A stretch of 64,000 nt of DNA from contig NC_092679.1 in assembly GCF_964355755.1 (NCBI RefSeq), forward strand, positions 28,001 through 92,000, in the 5' to 3' direction. This document shows positions 63,780-64,000 of this stretch, in pieces. Every line of letters starts with the position of its first letter. The first letter of the stretch is position 1. Source of the stretch: Antedon mediterranea. Taxonomy: Eukaryota; Animalia; Echinodermata. Below the pieces are notes generated by a model that made no database searches, was not told the DNA's origin, and saw only the letters and a program-made list of their open reading frames with translations. The position numbers were made by a program, and so were the translations under genes.

Positions 63780-64000
63780 GTTTGTATAGTTGCTTGTTTG
63801 TTTTTCGCGCCGCGGCTCTAGCCAGCTATGTCCCAGGAGGACACATTCATTAATAAGCTGTTTCATAGCGGTAGCTTTAGTATCTAAGGCTGACAGTTTT
63901 GTGAATTTGGAAACTCGACTATAATGTATAGGTAGCTGCTGGACCCAAAAAACGTCTGGGAGAAGAGAGTCTATATGAAAGCCTTTGCTGATAATACAGT

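Overview
AT-rich, intron-containing eukaryotic (metazoan) genomic DNA, not prokaryotic. The gene set and abundant TAGGCCTA tracts suggest an invertebrate deuterostome such as an echinoderm (inference). By manual splicing I reconstruct CCDC42/CFAP73-like (+, 9 exons), Salvador/SAV1 (-, 7 exons, 2 WW + SARAH), an uncharacterised 175-aa two-exon gene with an RFX-like promoter motif (+), FEZ/UNC-76 (-, 8 exons), B9D2 (-, 3 exons), goosecoid (-, 3 exons, GC-AG intron in the homeobox), a small bHLH gene (-) and an intronless RING/zinc-finger E3 ligase (+). Introns and spacers hold many non-autonomous transposons, several with diagnostic ends (hAT, IS3EU-like, Kolobok, Ginger-like, Tc1/pogo, Harbinger-like, Helitron, Helentron-like, SINEs, a LINE ORF1 scrap, a 22-bp P-like footprint). 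There are also more than 20 locus-specific 20-113 bp tandem arrays, several of which copy or abut splice donors and stop codons. The most unusual patterns are TAGGCCTA tracts just downstream of first-exon splice donors, and a minisatellite giving SAV1 eleven tandem 5' splice sites. Family assignments come from recalled motifs, not database searches.
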